DNA of 37,009 nucleotides. Origin: Guillardia theta CCMP2712 (lineage: Eukaryota; Protista; Cryptophyta). Below the pieces are notes generated by a model. The model was not told the DNA's origin. It worked only from the letters and a program-made list of their open reading frames with translations, and searched no databases. The stretch spans positions 40,631 to 77,639 of the forward strand of contig NW_005434572.1 of the NCBI RefSeq assembly GCF_000315625.1, given 5' to 3'. How positions within the stretch are numbered: the stretch's first letter is position 1; each line of letters begins with the position of its first letter. Shown piece after piece: positions 10,925-23,103 of this stretch. A program made the translations under genes and the position numbers.

Positions 10925-13240
10925 GCATGAATCCTCCATGGCACCGTCTTTCAGCGCCTGAAGGAGCTTCTTCTGCAGGCTGAAGGCTTCCATGGCGGTG
11001 GAGTACAAGTCTTGGAGATCCCTGGCCTCCAGTCTGACGCTCGAAGGATCCACAGTATCGCTGTTGTCGGATGAAAGCGTCCCATCCTGATCCTGCCAGC
11101 ATCCGTCAGCCAAGAGGAGCACCAACGGCTCCTCTCACCCCTACATTCACCAGCTCAGCCCTCACGGAGAGGTCAGGGGGTGGTGAGATCATCTCCCTCA
11201 TTCCCCGGTCTACCTTGGGGGAGCTCAGCCTATCGCTGCTCGATCCTTCACGACGAGCAGGAGGCTCCCGTTTGACTCGCATCCTAGCGCTGGCGACCTC
11301 TTGACCTCCAGCTTTCTCCGACAGCTCACATTCGATCGGCACAGCACGTGGGACGACCTTGGTGCCGTTCTTGGACTTCCCCTTGGCTCCATTCATCTGG
11401 TGTCGACAACCATCACGTCAGGCATTCAAACATCACTCGTCCTCTCGGTCAGAGTCACCTTGGAGTCTGCCGTTGCTGCTCGACTCTGAGCAGGTTGGGC
11501 GTCCAGAGCATTCGGCCAAGATTCGGACTGCTTCTCAGAGGATTTCTTCTTGCCGGCGTTTCCCCGGGGGGGATTCTTCCGGCCGGCCTGATCACCACGA
11601 GCAGCAGCAACTTCAGGGACCACCGAGCTCTTCACAAGGGACACGATGTTGTCAACCGCTGCTACCATCATGTCCATCTTCTCATGACTTGTTGCTGAGA
11701 GACCATTCTCATTCGAACTTTCTTTGGTCATGGTCACGACCGGCTCCTCCTGCCTCTGCTGGTCGTTTGGGCTGTCCTGCCACAGCCTGTCGGTGCTGAC
11801 ACCTGCTGGGGGGGTGTAGACGGTCCAACGAGCTGCTTTTCCAGCTTCGGTTTCCCCTGCGTTCTCCTTTGCCGGTGGACCTTCAGCTGGAACAGGCGTA
11901 GGTTGAGAGTCGAGCTTCACGATCTCGTCTTTCACCCTGCACGTACTGTTGAGATTCGCAGCAGGTCTCAGAGCATCTGTGCATGTCTCTTCCCTCGCAT
12001 CCACTTGGACACTGTCCTTGGCTGGCTCTGCTCCTTCTCCTGGCCCAGTCTCCACGTCCACGCTGAGCGAGCTCTCTTCGTACGGCACTTCCTTGGCATC
12101 TCGTGGATCGTTCATGGACACGGCCCGAAGTGCATTGAAAGGCAGACTCCCAGCGATTGATCGATCCAACTTATCAGCCACCAACTCCTTGCCAGGGAGA
12201 ATGTCTGCAACTTTCATCACTATATTGTATCCCGTGACTTTCCCTTGCGAATTCCGCAGTATGGCCAAACTAAGTTCACTTGCACCTTCCATCTCCCGCA
12301 GGAAAGAAGGAATCGTGCGCTTAGCCACGGGTGCTCCATTCATCTTCACGACTGTGCTTCCAAGCACGATTCCAAGCCGGTCAGCTACAGTACCGGGCTC
12401 GACATACGTGATGGACCAATCTCTGTTGTCGATACACAGCCCAAACCCCGAGAGCAGAGCATTATCTTTCATCATCTCCACATAGAACTGCTCACGAAGA
12501 TGAGGATCCTGACAGTGCCAAGAGAGACTAAGGCCGTATGCTTCCCAAGTTGTACCCAGCCATCCCGATATACCTCTCTCGAGCTCCAAGTAGCACGGGT
12601 TTGTCACCAGCGCCCTTTCCACAGAATGTTGCCACAGAGACTCAAAGAACTCCTTCCATAGCATCCGTCGACCGTCAGTGCTCCATGACTTCACGGGACC
12701 AGGGGGGTCAACATCTACTCAGAACAGTCAGAACAATGCAGAGTCATCAGGTCAAAGAGGACTCACCCAACCAGTTAGCTGGAGCTTTGAAGATGGTGTA
12801 GTTGAACGCGATCACCCGATCGCCTTCTCGCGGGTAGTACCAGCCTGAGGATTCTGTTCCAGCTTTGCTCACAATCTTATGCGGTCGGATGTACATGTCT
12901 CCTCTCTCATGGCCTTTCTTTCCGGAAATCTCATCTCCGAGATTCGGATTTGCCGAGACGAGGAGAAAGCCTGACTGGATGTCGAACGACGCGTTCAAGC
13001 CTAGCTTGTTCTCACCCATGATATTTCAGATGTTACTGGTTCCAGACGGTCTTGGTTGGCTATTCTCCTCCAGCTACGGTTGCCTCATCTGTGCTAAGTC
13101 GTGCGCGTCAAGGGATATGATCAAGTTGACAAGAGCACTCTTGATTGAGAGGAGACAACAAACGCTCCCACCCATCATCATTTGTTTGAAACGTGTTTCT
13201 TCCTGATATCTATGTTTTGCTCTCTCAATATTCTTGCAGC
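8634..13240 (-). CDS. Hypothetical PDZ-domain protein with low-complexity middle and coiled-coil C-terminus; multi-exon, both ends uncertain
   Basis: ORFs 12747-13019, 11426-12694, 11106-11396, 9884-11125, 9467-9655 and 9122-9442 are linkable by GT-AG introns. PDZ-like [42 protein letters not shown] at ~12255-12452; poly-Q; E/K/Q/L-rich heptad segments. Confidence 0.7.
9504..9578 (+). repeat. Compound (GGAT)/(GGAC)/(GGGA) microsatellite, intronic
   Basis: Directly visible. Confidence 0.9.
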
Positions 13241-13621
13241 CTAAACACGCCCCACTCCCCACTCCCCCCCCCCATTAATATCCTATCAATATAACTTGGT
13301 TATCCTACTTGTTGATCACTAGCTGCGTCTTCCCTCACACCTCTATCTCTCTCGCTGTCTCTCTCGCTGTCTCTCTCTCTCGCTCTCGCTCTCTGCCTGC
13401 ATGTTCGTCCGTTCGTTTCTCCCCCTCCCTCCCTCCTCCCCTCCCCGCACTGCTCCCTGCATGACAAGAGAAAATAGAGTGTCGACAGTTACAGCGACAC
13501 TGGCTGTCGGTTACAACTCCCCAAGTTTGTAACTGATCTCTAGTGACCACCGGGCCCGGCCCGGGGGACTCCGGGCCCGAACCCACACAGCCCGCCTCAT
13601 CGCCAACACCAAAGCGTCAGC

Positions 13622-16600
13622 ATGGCAGGCGGGCAACCGGTGGCGCGGCGGAGAGGAGGAGGAGGAGGAGGAGGAGGAGGAGGAGAGACGCGCATGCTCA
13701 CAAAGAGTGGGTATCTTCACAGAAGATCCTTCAAGGGACACAAGGTTGATGCTTCCTCACTCGTTCTGTGTGTCAATTGTTCTTGTTGTTGCTTGTGCTA
13801 GCGACCGATGTTCGTACCTGACACGCCTGGAAGTGCATGCTCGCACTGACGTTTGTTTTGACCTCAAGGATGTTGTGAACTGTTTTGTTGTCGTCAAGAA
13901 GAAACGGGATGACGAGCGCGAACGGTTGATCACGGCCTCGAGTGACGGTACGACCTGCCTTGGCAGTTCCCTCTGTCGTGCACCTGCCTCGTGCCCGATC
14001 CGTCTGATATGCAGAGCCTGCAGGACTGATCAAGGAGTGGGACCTGGAGACAGGGAGCTTCATCACAGACTTCCGAGCCGTAGAAGTGAAGGGGAAGGAG
14101 GGCACAGAGATGAAGAGCCATGAGCAAGGTGTTTGCTGCCTGACCGTCAGCCAGGGCTTCTTGTACAGCGGATCATTCGACACGACGATAGCAAAGTGGG
14201 ACATCAAGGAGAAGACGCTGGTGGCGACGTACAAGGGACATTCAGAAGCCGTTTACCGGCTGGCGGTGAGGGAGAACTGGTTGATCTCTGCATCACGAGA
14301 CAAGACGGTGCGGGTGTGGAGGGAGAAAGATTCTAAGTGCGTTGCTGTGCTCAAGGGGCACACGGGCCCCGTCCTCTCTCTCGCTGTGCAGGAGGACATC
14401 CTCTTCACGGGAGCCGACGACTGCACCATCAGGCAGTGGGACTGGCTGTCTGGCTCGCAGCTGCGAGAGTACATGGGGCACACTGACTGCGTGACGGACC
14501 TCAAGGTGCAGGGCGACTCTCTTTACAGCTCCTCCTTCGACTCGACCATCCGCGTGTGGGACACGCAGACGGGCCAGTGCGTGCGGGTGTGCAAGGCGAA
14601 CGCGGGGATGCGAGGGATCACGCTGACGGCAGGGAAGATCTTTGGGGCAGGCAACGACGCGCACCTGTACGTGTGGGATCAAAACAGCGCGCAGACAGAG
14701 CCTCTGACATCCGATCAGTTCGCTCGAGCCGGTCTTACCATGGTGATGGTGGAGGGACATGTCGTCATCGCTTCCAGCGGCGATCGCACGTGCAGAGTGT
14801 GGGAGAAGGTCTCAACAGCGACGGTTCAGGCAAATGGGCAGGAGGAACATAAGAGCCTGACGACGACATCTAAGAAGGAACGATTCTCGTTCCCGCCAGG
14901 AGCGACTTCGTTCCTTGGCGACCTGATGGAGGACATGGAGGTCGGTCACCGCCCAGCGCCGCACGAGTCCTCGGAGACTCCGGCGAGTCAGTCGCTAGTC
15001 AACGTTTACAACGGCCTGCACGACGACAAAGTGCATGGCGTGGTGGTGTCGGAGGGCCTGGTGTTCTCTGCCTCCTCAGACCGCACTATCGGCTGCACCC
15101 CTCTCAACCCTTCCTCGGACGCGAAGCAGATGCGATGGAGCGAGCACAAGGACCGCGTGCTTGCCGTCACTGTGGCAGGGGAAGGGGAGGTCGTGTTCTC
15201 GGCATCAGCAGACTGCAGCATCAAGAAGTGGGACGTAGCGACCGGCCGGTGCCTCGAAACGCTGAGTGGGCACTCGGACTGGGTCTCCTGCCTGCTCGTC
15301 AGCGAGGGATCCTTGTTCTCGGGCTCCTGGGACAGCTCCATTAGGAAATGGGACGTGGCGACCTGCCGCTTCATCGCCGAGCTGAACGCCCACAACGTGA
15401 GGATTCTCCTGCACCTCCTCCTCCCCTTTCTGCATTTTTACAGCTCCTGCCCCTGCCCCTGCTCCTTCTTCTTCCAGCTACTGCCCATTCTCCTGCTCCT
15501 GTCCCCTGGACATGACTTTCGGTGATGTAGGACCCGATCTACTGTCTTGCCGCTGGTGTCGGCGTCGTCTTCAGCGGCTCAAGGGACTGCACGATCCGAG
15601 CATGGCGGACGGACACAGGGGAGTGCATCTTCGTGTACGAGGGACATACTGCCGTCGTTGCCTCCTTGGTAGTGGCCGACCCCTACATTTACAGCGCGTC
15701 CTGGGACAAGACCATCAGGTGGGTGCTCTACCCGCCGTCGCATGCCTCCTACCTCGCAATCCTCCTCTGAGTCGCCTCTGAGAGCTGCGTTTTCGTTGCT
15801 GTCTCACTGTGCCCCCCCCCCCCGCCCCCCTCGTTCCCTCCTCCTCATCCCTCCACTCTTGTTTCTCTTCCCTCCTTCCTTCCTTCCTTCCTTCCTCCTC
15901 CTCCTCCTCCTCCTCCTCCTCCTCCTCCTCCTCCTCCTCCTCCTCCGGACGCCCTCTCATATCGAACATCCTGCGGTGCAGGCGATGGGACATCGCTACC
16001 GGCCGCTGCACGCTCTTCTGCCCCCAGCTCTCCCAGGTCCTCCTCCTTTCCACCTGATCGCCAACGAGCTGACGCCCAGCTGTCTCAGCCTGTCCTCTGC
16101 CTCGCCGAGCACCGTCAGTTGCTCTTCGCAGGGACCGGCGACGGAGTCATCCGCAGCTACCTGACGGATACAGGGGAGGAGCTGGAGCCAGCGTTCTCGT
16201 ACCACGAGACAGCCGTCAACTCGCTCTTCGTGTACGACGATCATCTCTTCTCCTGCTCCAACGACTCCACAGTAGCGCAGGTAGAACCCTCCCGCTGCCC
16301 TGACTCCACTCCCCTGCTCCCCTTCCATTCTCTCATTCTCCCTCCATTCCCCTCCTGCTCTGCAACCCCGCCCACCGTTGTCCTTCATCCCCCCCCCTCC
16401 TCCCTCTCCTTCTCTTCGTTGTCGACGTTGCTGAACTTTGCGATGCTGTGCCAGTGGAAGATCGAACACAGCGACCTGGACAGAGGAGCGAGGCAGGTGG
16501 ACGTCAGTGTCGCCTCCAAGAGCCTCATCGACAGAATCATCGGTTCTTCTTCCCTCGTGGTGACTGAAACCCCTCCTGCCCCATCCCCAGCCCCTCCTCC

Positions 16601-16876
16601 CCCCTCCTGCTCCTGCTCTTTCTGCTCCTGCTCTTTCTGCTCCTGCTCTTTCTGCTCCTGCTCTTTCTGCTCCTGCTCCTGCTCCTCCTCCNNNNNNNNN
16701 NNNNNNNNNNNNNNNNNNNNNNNNNNNNNNNNNNNNNNNNNNNNNNNNNNNNNNNNNNNNNNNNNNNNNNNNNNNNNNNNNNNNNNNNNNNGCGATCACA
16801 GTTCCTGACTCAGACCGAGATCGACGACCCAGTTCCTTCCATGGTGAAAGGATGGCTGTGGAAACAGGTCTTGCAG

Positions 16877-16936
<60 letters not shown>

Positions 16937-17578
16937 CGCTCCCGCTCCCGCTCCCGCTCCTGCTCCTGCTCCTGCTCCTGCTCCTCGTCATCCTCCTCCG
17001 CTCAGTTGTTGACGTTGGTGTGCAGGGCTCACTGTTCCGTCGATGGAGCAAGCGCTACTACACACTCACCAAAGGCATTCTGCTCTACCATGCCGACGAG
17101 GTCAGCTCCAACTCTTCTCCGCCGCTACCATCACCTCTTTCTCCTCCTCCTCCTCCCTCCTCCTCCTCCTCCTCCTCCTCCTCCTCCACCACCACCTCTT
17201 GCTTCCCCTGGTGCTGGCCGTGCTCCTCACCGTCACCCTCTTTCAGCACACGCAGAAGCCGCTGGACCATCTGGTGATGAGCGACGTCATCTCGGTGGCT
17301 GAGGGGGACAAGGACGTGAAGAAACCTTTCTCCTTCACCCTCGTCACCATCAACAGGGTCCACCACCTCGCTGCTCCTGATGAGGAGGTATAACTACCTC
17401 CTTCCCTTCCTTCCCTCCCCGCCATCCCTCCACTTTCTCTTTCCTCTCGCTTCGTTGCAGAGGACGTGACAGGGTCGGGCAGGAGTTGCAGAAGTGGATC
17501 AGTGCGTTCACGACGTACATCGAGAACAACAACTTGCAGAAGAAGCTTGCTCAGAAGAGAGCAGCGAGGAGTTACTGA
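13622..17578 (+). CDS. WD40-repeat protein (about 14 repeats, probable double beta-propeller) with C-terminal PH domain; spliced, spans an assembly gap
   Basis: Repeated GH...WD units (GHTGPVLSL..IRQWD; GHTDCV..IRVWD; GHSDWV..IRKWD; GHTAVV..IRRWD). Spliced PH: MVKGWLWKQGSLFRRWSKRYYTLTKGILLY...KPFSFTLVTINRVHHLAA...ELQKWISAF. Start agcATGG 13622, stop TGA 17576-17578. Confidence 0.88.
16692..16791. other. Assembly gap (100 N)
   Basis: N run beside a simple repeat; true size unknown. Confidence 0.99.
16878..16985 (+). repeat. (CTCCTG/CTCCCG)n hexamer repeat in an intron splitting the PH domain
   Basis: Directly visible. Confidence 0.9.
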
Positions 17579-17769
17579 GGCGAGCAGAAGCCTGTGCTGT
17601 AGGACGAGAGAAGGAGAGGAGGAGAGAAGAAGAGGAGGAGAGTGAATGTGGAAGGCAAGTGAAGGAAGATGGAAGAGGAGAGGATGGGAAAGAACGAGCA
17701 TAGAGGAGGGAAGGGCCGATACTGGGTGGATATGAAGGGTTGTTATGATTACAAGCAGGCAAGTGAAGG

Positions 17770-19886
17770 CTACAACTTGCGGCTGCGGCTGATGTTTGAC
17801 TTGATGCCGGTCGTCTCCCCCCCGTATGCTGCCCTGTCGCTCCTCTCCTGCTCCGCATGTCAGCGACGTCAGAGCGTGACCGAGCAGGAGCACCTGCTTC
17901 CCGTAGAAGGACGTGCGCTCCTTCGTCTTGGACTTCTCGAACTTTCTTCGGTGCTTGACCCTGTCGATCAAACATTCTCAGCTCAGTTCCACCACATTCC
18001 CGGCTGTTACCTGGGGTTCTTCTTGAGCTTCGAGCGATGTGGGACGAGCCCGCGGTTGGCAGTGATGACTCGGCCTGCCTGTCGCTTCGAACCGACTTCA
18101 ACCTTCTCCTCCTCACGGTACGTGGCCTGGACGGCGGGTCAGGGGACAACAATAGGGTGAAGCAGCTCGGTACCTCCTTGACGACCTTCCGCGTCTTCTC
18201 CTCCTTGGACTTTTCCTTGGAGGCCTTGACGGCCATGTAATAATCGTCGTCGTCGGAATCGTTGCTGCCCTTCTGCCGCTTCGTGTCGTCGTCTGTGCGC
18301 TGCGATGACAACTTGAGCTTCCTGTTTTCCACCTGTTGGATGATCTTCCTGCGGTCCTTCACTGGGACATCCCTCTCCCCGGACTCGGCTTGCCCTGACT
18401 TCTTTGCCTTCCTCGCCTGCTCCCGAGTGTCCAAGTACTCGCTCAGAGCTCTCTTCTTGAGCACCTGCACTGCCCGCTGGTCCGCGGACGTGTCAATCGT
18501 CTCGTCGACATCTCCAACATCATCAAATGATTCCATTCGTCCTGTGTTGCTCCTCTTCTCCTTCCTCCCATCTTGATGGCTCTTACTGGCCTTCACCAGT
18601 TTCTCTCTTCCCGTCAATCTTGCTGTTGATGAAGAGGCGTTGTCAAACTCGTTTTCATCCTGAAACTCCTCGCGCTCTGCACCATCCTGAGAGATCCTCG
18701 CATTCTTCCCCTGCTTCTTGTCGCTCTTCTTTGACTTCTTCTTGCTCTTTGGAGCTCTCTCCTCCTCGTCTTCCTCGTCCATCATAAGGTCCTCGTCGTT
18801 GTCCTCATCTTCTTCCCCTTCATCCTCCTCCTCCTCCTCCTCCTCCTCCTCCTCCTCTGCATCCGACATGGCGAGGAGGAGGTCCATCTCCTCACTCAGT
18901 TTTGCATCCAGCGGCTTCATTTTCTCTAGGAGCGACCGGAACTCAACAAGCTTGTCGATTACAGGATGGTTCTTGACCGGGGAGCCCTCGGACTTGAGGA
19001 GGAGGTAGAAGGATACACAATTGCAGTACCCTAGCAGCACCCGGAGTCTGGAGTCAACGTAGGTGAAGCCTGGCGAGTTCTTCGCTCCTTGAGCCACCAG
19101 CTTCAACTTGACGGGGATCAGCTTGTTCTGCATCTCCTGCATGAACTTCTTGAAGTCTGAGATCAGCCCCAACAGCTCAGGTGCATCGTTCTCAAGCAAC
19201 TCCCTCTTCTCCTTCTCTGAAAGATCCGCCAGATCTCGCTCGATCTTCTCAACAGTGATGCCATCGAGGGCTTGCATTTCCTTGTTGAATTGATCGAGTA
19301 ATGTTCCATCATATCCAAGATTCTTTCCTGCTTTCTTCTTGCTTTCTTTCTTCTTTCCTGCCTTCTTGGTTGTTAGCTTTTCATCAGCCATAGCTCCCAA
19401 GGTATCGTCTTCATCGCTCGACACAACTTCCTCGTCCCCAAAGTCATCCTGCTGTAGTGCCGTGCTTCGTTTTGCTCGGATTTTCTCAGCTTCTTTCTCT
19501 TCTGCCTCCTCCTCCTCCGAATCCTCCACCATGTCGGCATCGTAATACTCACTCTTTTTCTTACCCCACCATGTCTGCTCATCGTCCTTCCTGTCTTCAT
19601 CTTCATCACTGAAGACATCTCGTGTAGCAACATGGTTCCCCTCGTCGTCATCGTCGTCGTCATCATCTTCTTCGTCATCCAGCCCGATAACATCGACGTC
19701 CTCCTCTCCGTCATCGTCGTCGTTCTCGTCATCGACGAGCTTAATCTTGTTCCTACCTTCCATGAACTGGTCGACCTCATCGTTCATCATTTCATCGTCC
19801 ATCTCAGCGTCGTCAGCACTTCTTCCTCTCCTCCCCCCCCCTCTGCCTCCTCGACCTCCTCGACCTCCTCTTGCCCCCCGCGCCAT
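17770..19886 (-). CDS. SAS10: Sas10/Utp3 SSU processome component; long first exon plus three short 3' introns
   Basis: WGKKKSEYYDAD, NDAPELLGLI, LLGYCNCVSFYLLLKSEG..HPVIDKLVEFR (Sas10/Utp3/C1D domain); spliced C-terminus ITANRGLVPHRSKLKKNPRVKHRRKFEK...YGGETTGIKSNISRSRKL* is the Sas10 C-terminal domain. Start accATGG at 19886. Confidence 0.95.
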
Positions 19887-19889
19887 GGT

Positions 19890-19901
19890 ACCGCACGTGC
19901 A
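19890..19901. promoter_or_regulatory. ACCGCACGTGCA (E-box/G-box core CACGTG) 3 nt upstream of SAS10 ATG
   Basis: Exact 12-mer shared with the NOC2 upstream region; function inferred. Confidence 0.55.
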
Positions 19902-20010
19902 ATAACCCAACTTCTCAATGAGCCCGCCTCAGAGATAAGCCGGTAGGTGGCCGGGCGCCGCCGGGCAGGCCGGGCCCGTAGTAAGCCCCCGTCACTAGGC
20001 TACTGTTAGG

Positions 20011-20643
20011 CTCTTTACTCAAAGTTAAGTTAAAAATCAGTACGAGGACAATCAGGAGAGTCGAGGAGGCTTGACCCTGCCACACTGTCGCACTGGCCGG
20101 GCCAAACGGCGAGACTCAGAAGAGCAAAGACTCTGACAGCGAGAAACAAACCTAATCCTGGCAACTGCTGTCCCCCAACTGGCAAACTTAACTGATCATT
20201 ACCTTCACTTGAGTCGGACCGGACACGCCGTAATCACTGACTCACTTAGTGAGGAATGAAACCGGGCAGGGCCACTTTATATTTTCACGTGACTCAAAGT
20301 TCAAGTAAGCCACGGTTTTAAAGATCAGACGAGGACAATCCTTCCAGGAGAGTCGAGGAGGCGTGACCCTGACACTGCCATTCTTTACTCAAAGTTAAGT
20401 TAAAGATCAGTACGAGGACAATCAGGAGAGCCATTCATGCCATATGCATGCATCTTTTTTTTTCTCCTTGGGAAGCATGAGCTACCCTGGTTTTTTGCCG
20501 CCCATTACTGGGGGGTAGTGAGACAGGGATAAAGTAGGGTGGGGTGATTGCGGCGTGACCGGAATGCTCCGGCGCTGTCCGATCAGCCAGTCACGCACTG
20601 TTACTGACCGAATGGTACTGATTTTAAGTCAACTTTGAGTAAA
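20011..20643. repeat. Local dispersed repeat (30-75 bp): three direct copies and one inverted partial copy
   Basis: tctttactcaaagttaagttaaa.atcagtacgaggacaatcaggagag at 20012-20060 and 20382-20430; diverged copy ~20292-20377; inverted gtactgattttaagtcaactttgagtaaa at 20615-20643. Confidence 0.9.
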
Positions 20644-20708
20644 CAATAGACCCGTGAATCTCTCTGACCCTTTTATTCTGACTCCGTCACGTCAACTCCG
20701 AGTCAGCC

Positions 20709-21548
20709 ATGCCGGACCGACCCCCCGTTTCACCGGCCGAGTCAGTGGGACTACCACCCGTGGGTGGTGACTCCGGGTCCTGTACCGTTGCGAGAAACGA
20801 CGAAAGGAGCGGTTGCTATTTGCTGCTGGAGAACGAGCTTCATCACTCCATCTTCTTCATCCCACCAGAGCAGGAGGTCACTGATTGTCTCGTCACATCA
20901 GAAGGCGCGAGAGCACAAGGCCTCGAGCCTTCAGCATAGACAGCAAGGAAGTAATCCCGCAGGATGGAGCTTGGAGATGCCATTGATGCTATCTTCTCTC
21001 ATCGCGAATCGTCCACGACCGAGTCAGGCACAAGGAAACGCTGACGTCGACGCGCAGCCGCTACCACTGATGAGCAAGGAAAGGTTGATCTTGCGCTCAC
21101 AAGAGAGCTGGAGAATCGTTTGTCGCAGCAAAGAGACGTCCCTCCTCCCCCTGGCGGCCAAGAAAACTGTCAAGGAGAGAGCGACGGGGCGCAGCAGCCA
21201 ACAGCGAGGTACAAGCAGCTCGAGGACAAACAAGCGGTCGATGGTACGGAAATTTGTTCAGGTGCTGCTGGGGGTCGAGCAGAATCGCGTCTGGACCCAG
21301 ATGCAAGTGAAAGTGAAGGCCAGCTGTTGAGAAGGTCGTGGTCAGCTGAGGAGCATGAGCGATTTCTCAGAGGCCTCGAGAAATTCTGTCCGCCAGCCTC
21401 TAGAGCTTCTGATGCAACCGACGGGCGTGTAAACGTCGGGCTGGGAAAAGGCGTCGCCTTCCTCATCTCGCGCGAGGTCGGTACTCGAACGCCCTCGCAG
21501 GTGCGATCGCATGCACAGAAATATTTCCGTAAGCAGATGCAGCCGTGA
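20709..21548 (+). CDS. Myb-related SHAQKYF-class transcription factor; 5' end uncertain (20709 or ~20977)
   Basis: RRSWSAEEHERFLRGLEKF...ISREVGTRTPSQVRSHAQKYF; intron 21209-21261 links the 20764 frame to the Myb frame. Confidence 0.88.
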
Positions 21549-23103
21549 AGACGGGCGAGGCTGTGTGTATCATGACCGTACGTTGTTGTCAAGCCTGAAG
21601 CATACTGAGGCAAGGAAAAGGGTTTGACTTAGATTGCTGGCAGACTCACAAGTCACTGAGTGCTGTGCTCAAGCCTGTAAATGATTCATTTACAGCTGTC
21701 AAACGGTCAGGCGGCTGCTGTTCAACAAGACTCTTGCTTTGCGATGGCAGTAACTCATTTCGGATCATGATAAACTCAAACTACCTCGAGTGTTTAGTGT
21801 AACGATTCAACGGGTCATCAGTGTTGCCCCTCCTGCCGACCGTACGGCCCGGCGTGCGGCGGCGGCGGCGTACCGCGCCTCAAGTTGATGGTCCGTCACG
21901 GTCCTGACTCAGTTGCAACTTGACGCCGGGTTGCGGCCCGGGCCAGTCACTGTCCGATCCTGTCCGATCGCCTTGCCACCGGCCTGAATCTCCGGCGGGG
22001 TCCGATCACCGAGTCACCGTGACGGTGACCACCGTACACCGTACGCCGGGGCAGAGAGCCTTGATCGGTGACCGTACCGTCCGGTCTCCGAGACAAACTT
22101 CGGCAGCGGCGCGTCGCAGATACTTCACGGTATTAGCCCGGCCGCTTTTAGCATGATTGAAGAGTCGGAAGGAGCCTTGAGCGGTGACTCGGATGAAACT
22201 TCGAGACCGTAGGGTCACCGTGACACCGCCGTGATACCGCCGTTCCACCTTCCGATCTCCGAGTCAGCAGTGGCCTGCCAGGGAGGCTCATCTTCGGCCG
22301 GGAATGAGGGCGGCCTCGCCGCGAGTTGTCCTCTCATGTCTGGATGCTTGGGTTTTCACATCCCAGTTTACAGTCTGATATCTCATGTGCTCCTCACAGA
22401 GTTAATTCTGGTTCAAGTTGTGTCACCCCCATTAAGGCTCGGTCTTGAGCCGCAGTCTAACTGGCAAACCGTCAGTTGTGCTCCGTCAGTCCTGATTACA
22501 CTGAGCTGCCAGTAGTAGCCATCACTGCTGATCGCGGGCCGCCGTTCCATGCTACACCGGGCTGAGGCTATATTCCGGCCGCAATGATTGTGACCCGGCG
22601 GGCCGACCCCCGGTGAGACTCGGTCCGATCCCGCGGCGGCGGCAGCCGGGCCCGGGCTCCGCCGGCTACCCACTGGCCGCGGGCAGTCGTCGGATCACCG
22701 GGCAGTGACGGGCCCCGCGGCGATGATCGGGACTCGTTGCCGTACAGTGAGGCAAGTCCGATCGCAGTGCCACCGGGTGATCAGATCACTCGCAGCCGGG
22801 CCTCCGAGCCTCGTCGGAGTGCCCGGGCGACTCCCGGAGTTTGGCACCCTGGGACCGGCCGCCGCCGTCTGCTAGCCCGCCTGCACTGCGGCAGGCGGGA
22901 CTCAGGGCCGAGTGACTCTGATGAGCCGCTCGGACCGTCCGAGACCGTACGGTGGCTTCGGAAACTTTTAACGGAAGTGTAACTGTCATTTAGACCGGAA
23001 ATAGCGCTGATGGCAGACAGCGCGGTGAAGTTGTGAAGGAGGAGGAGAGGGAGAAGGAGGAGGAGGAGGAGGTTGCTCGACCTTTCCTGCAGTCCAAAGG
23101 AAG

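Noticed and set aside
15996-17302. SR-rich or Cys-Ser metallothionein-like ORFs
   Set aside because: Translations of intronic (CTCCTG)n repeats, partly across an N gap.
21920-22990. Short Arg/Pro/Gly-rich ORFs (also 4346-5283)
   Set aside because: Expected from GC-rich non-coding DNA; no domain or splice support.
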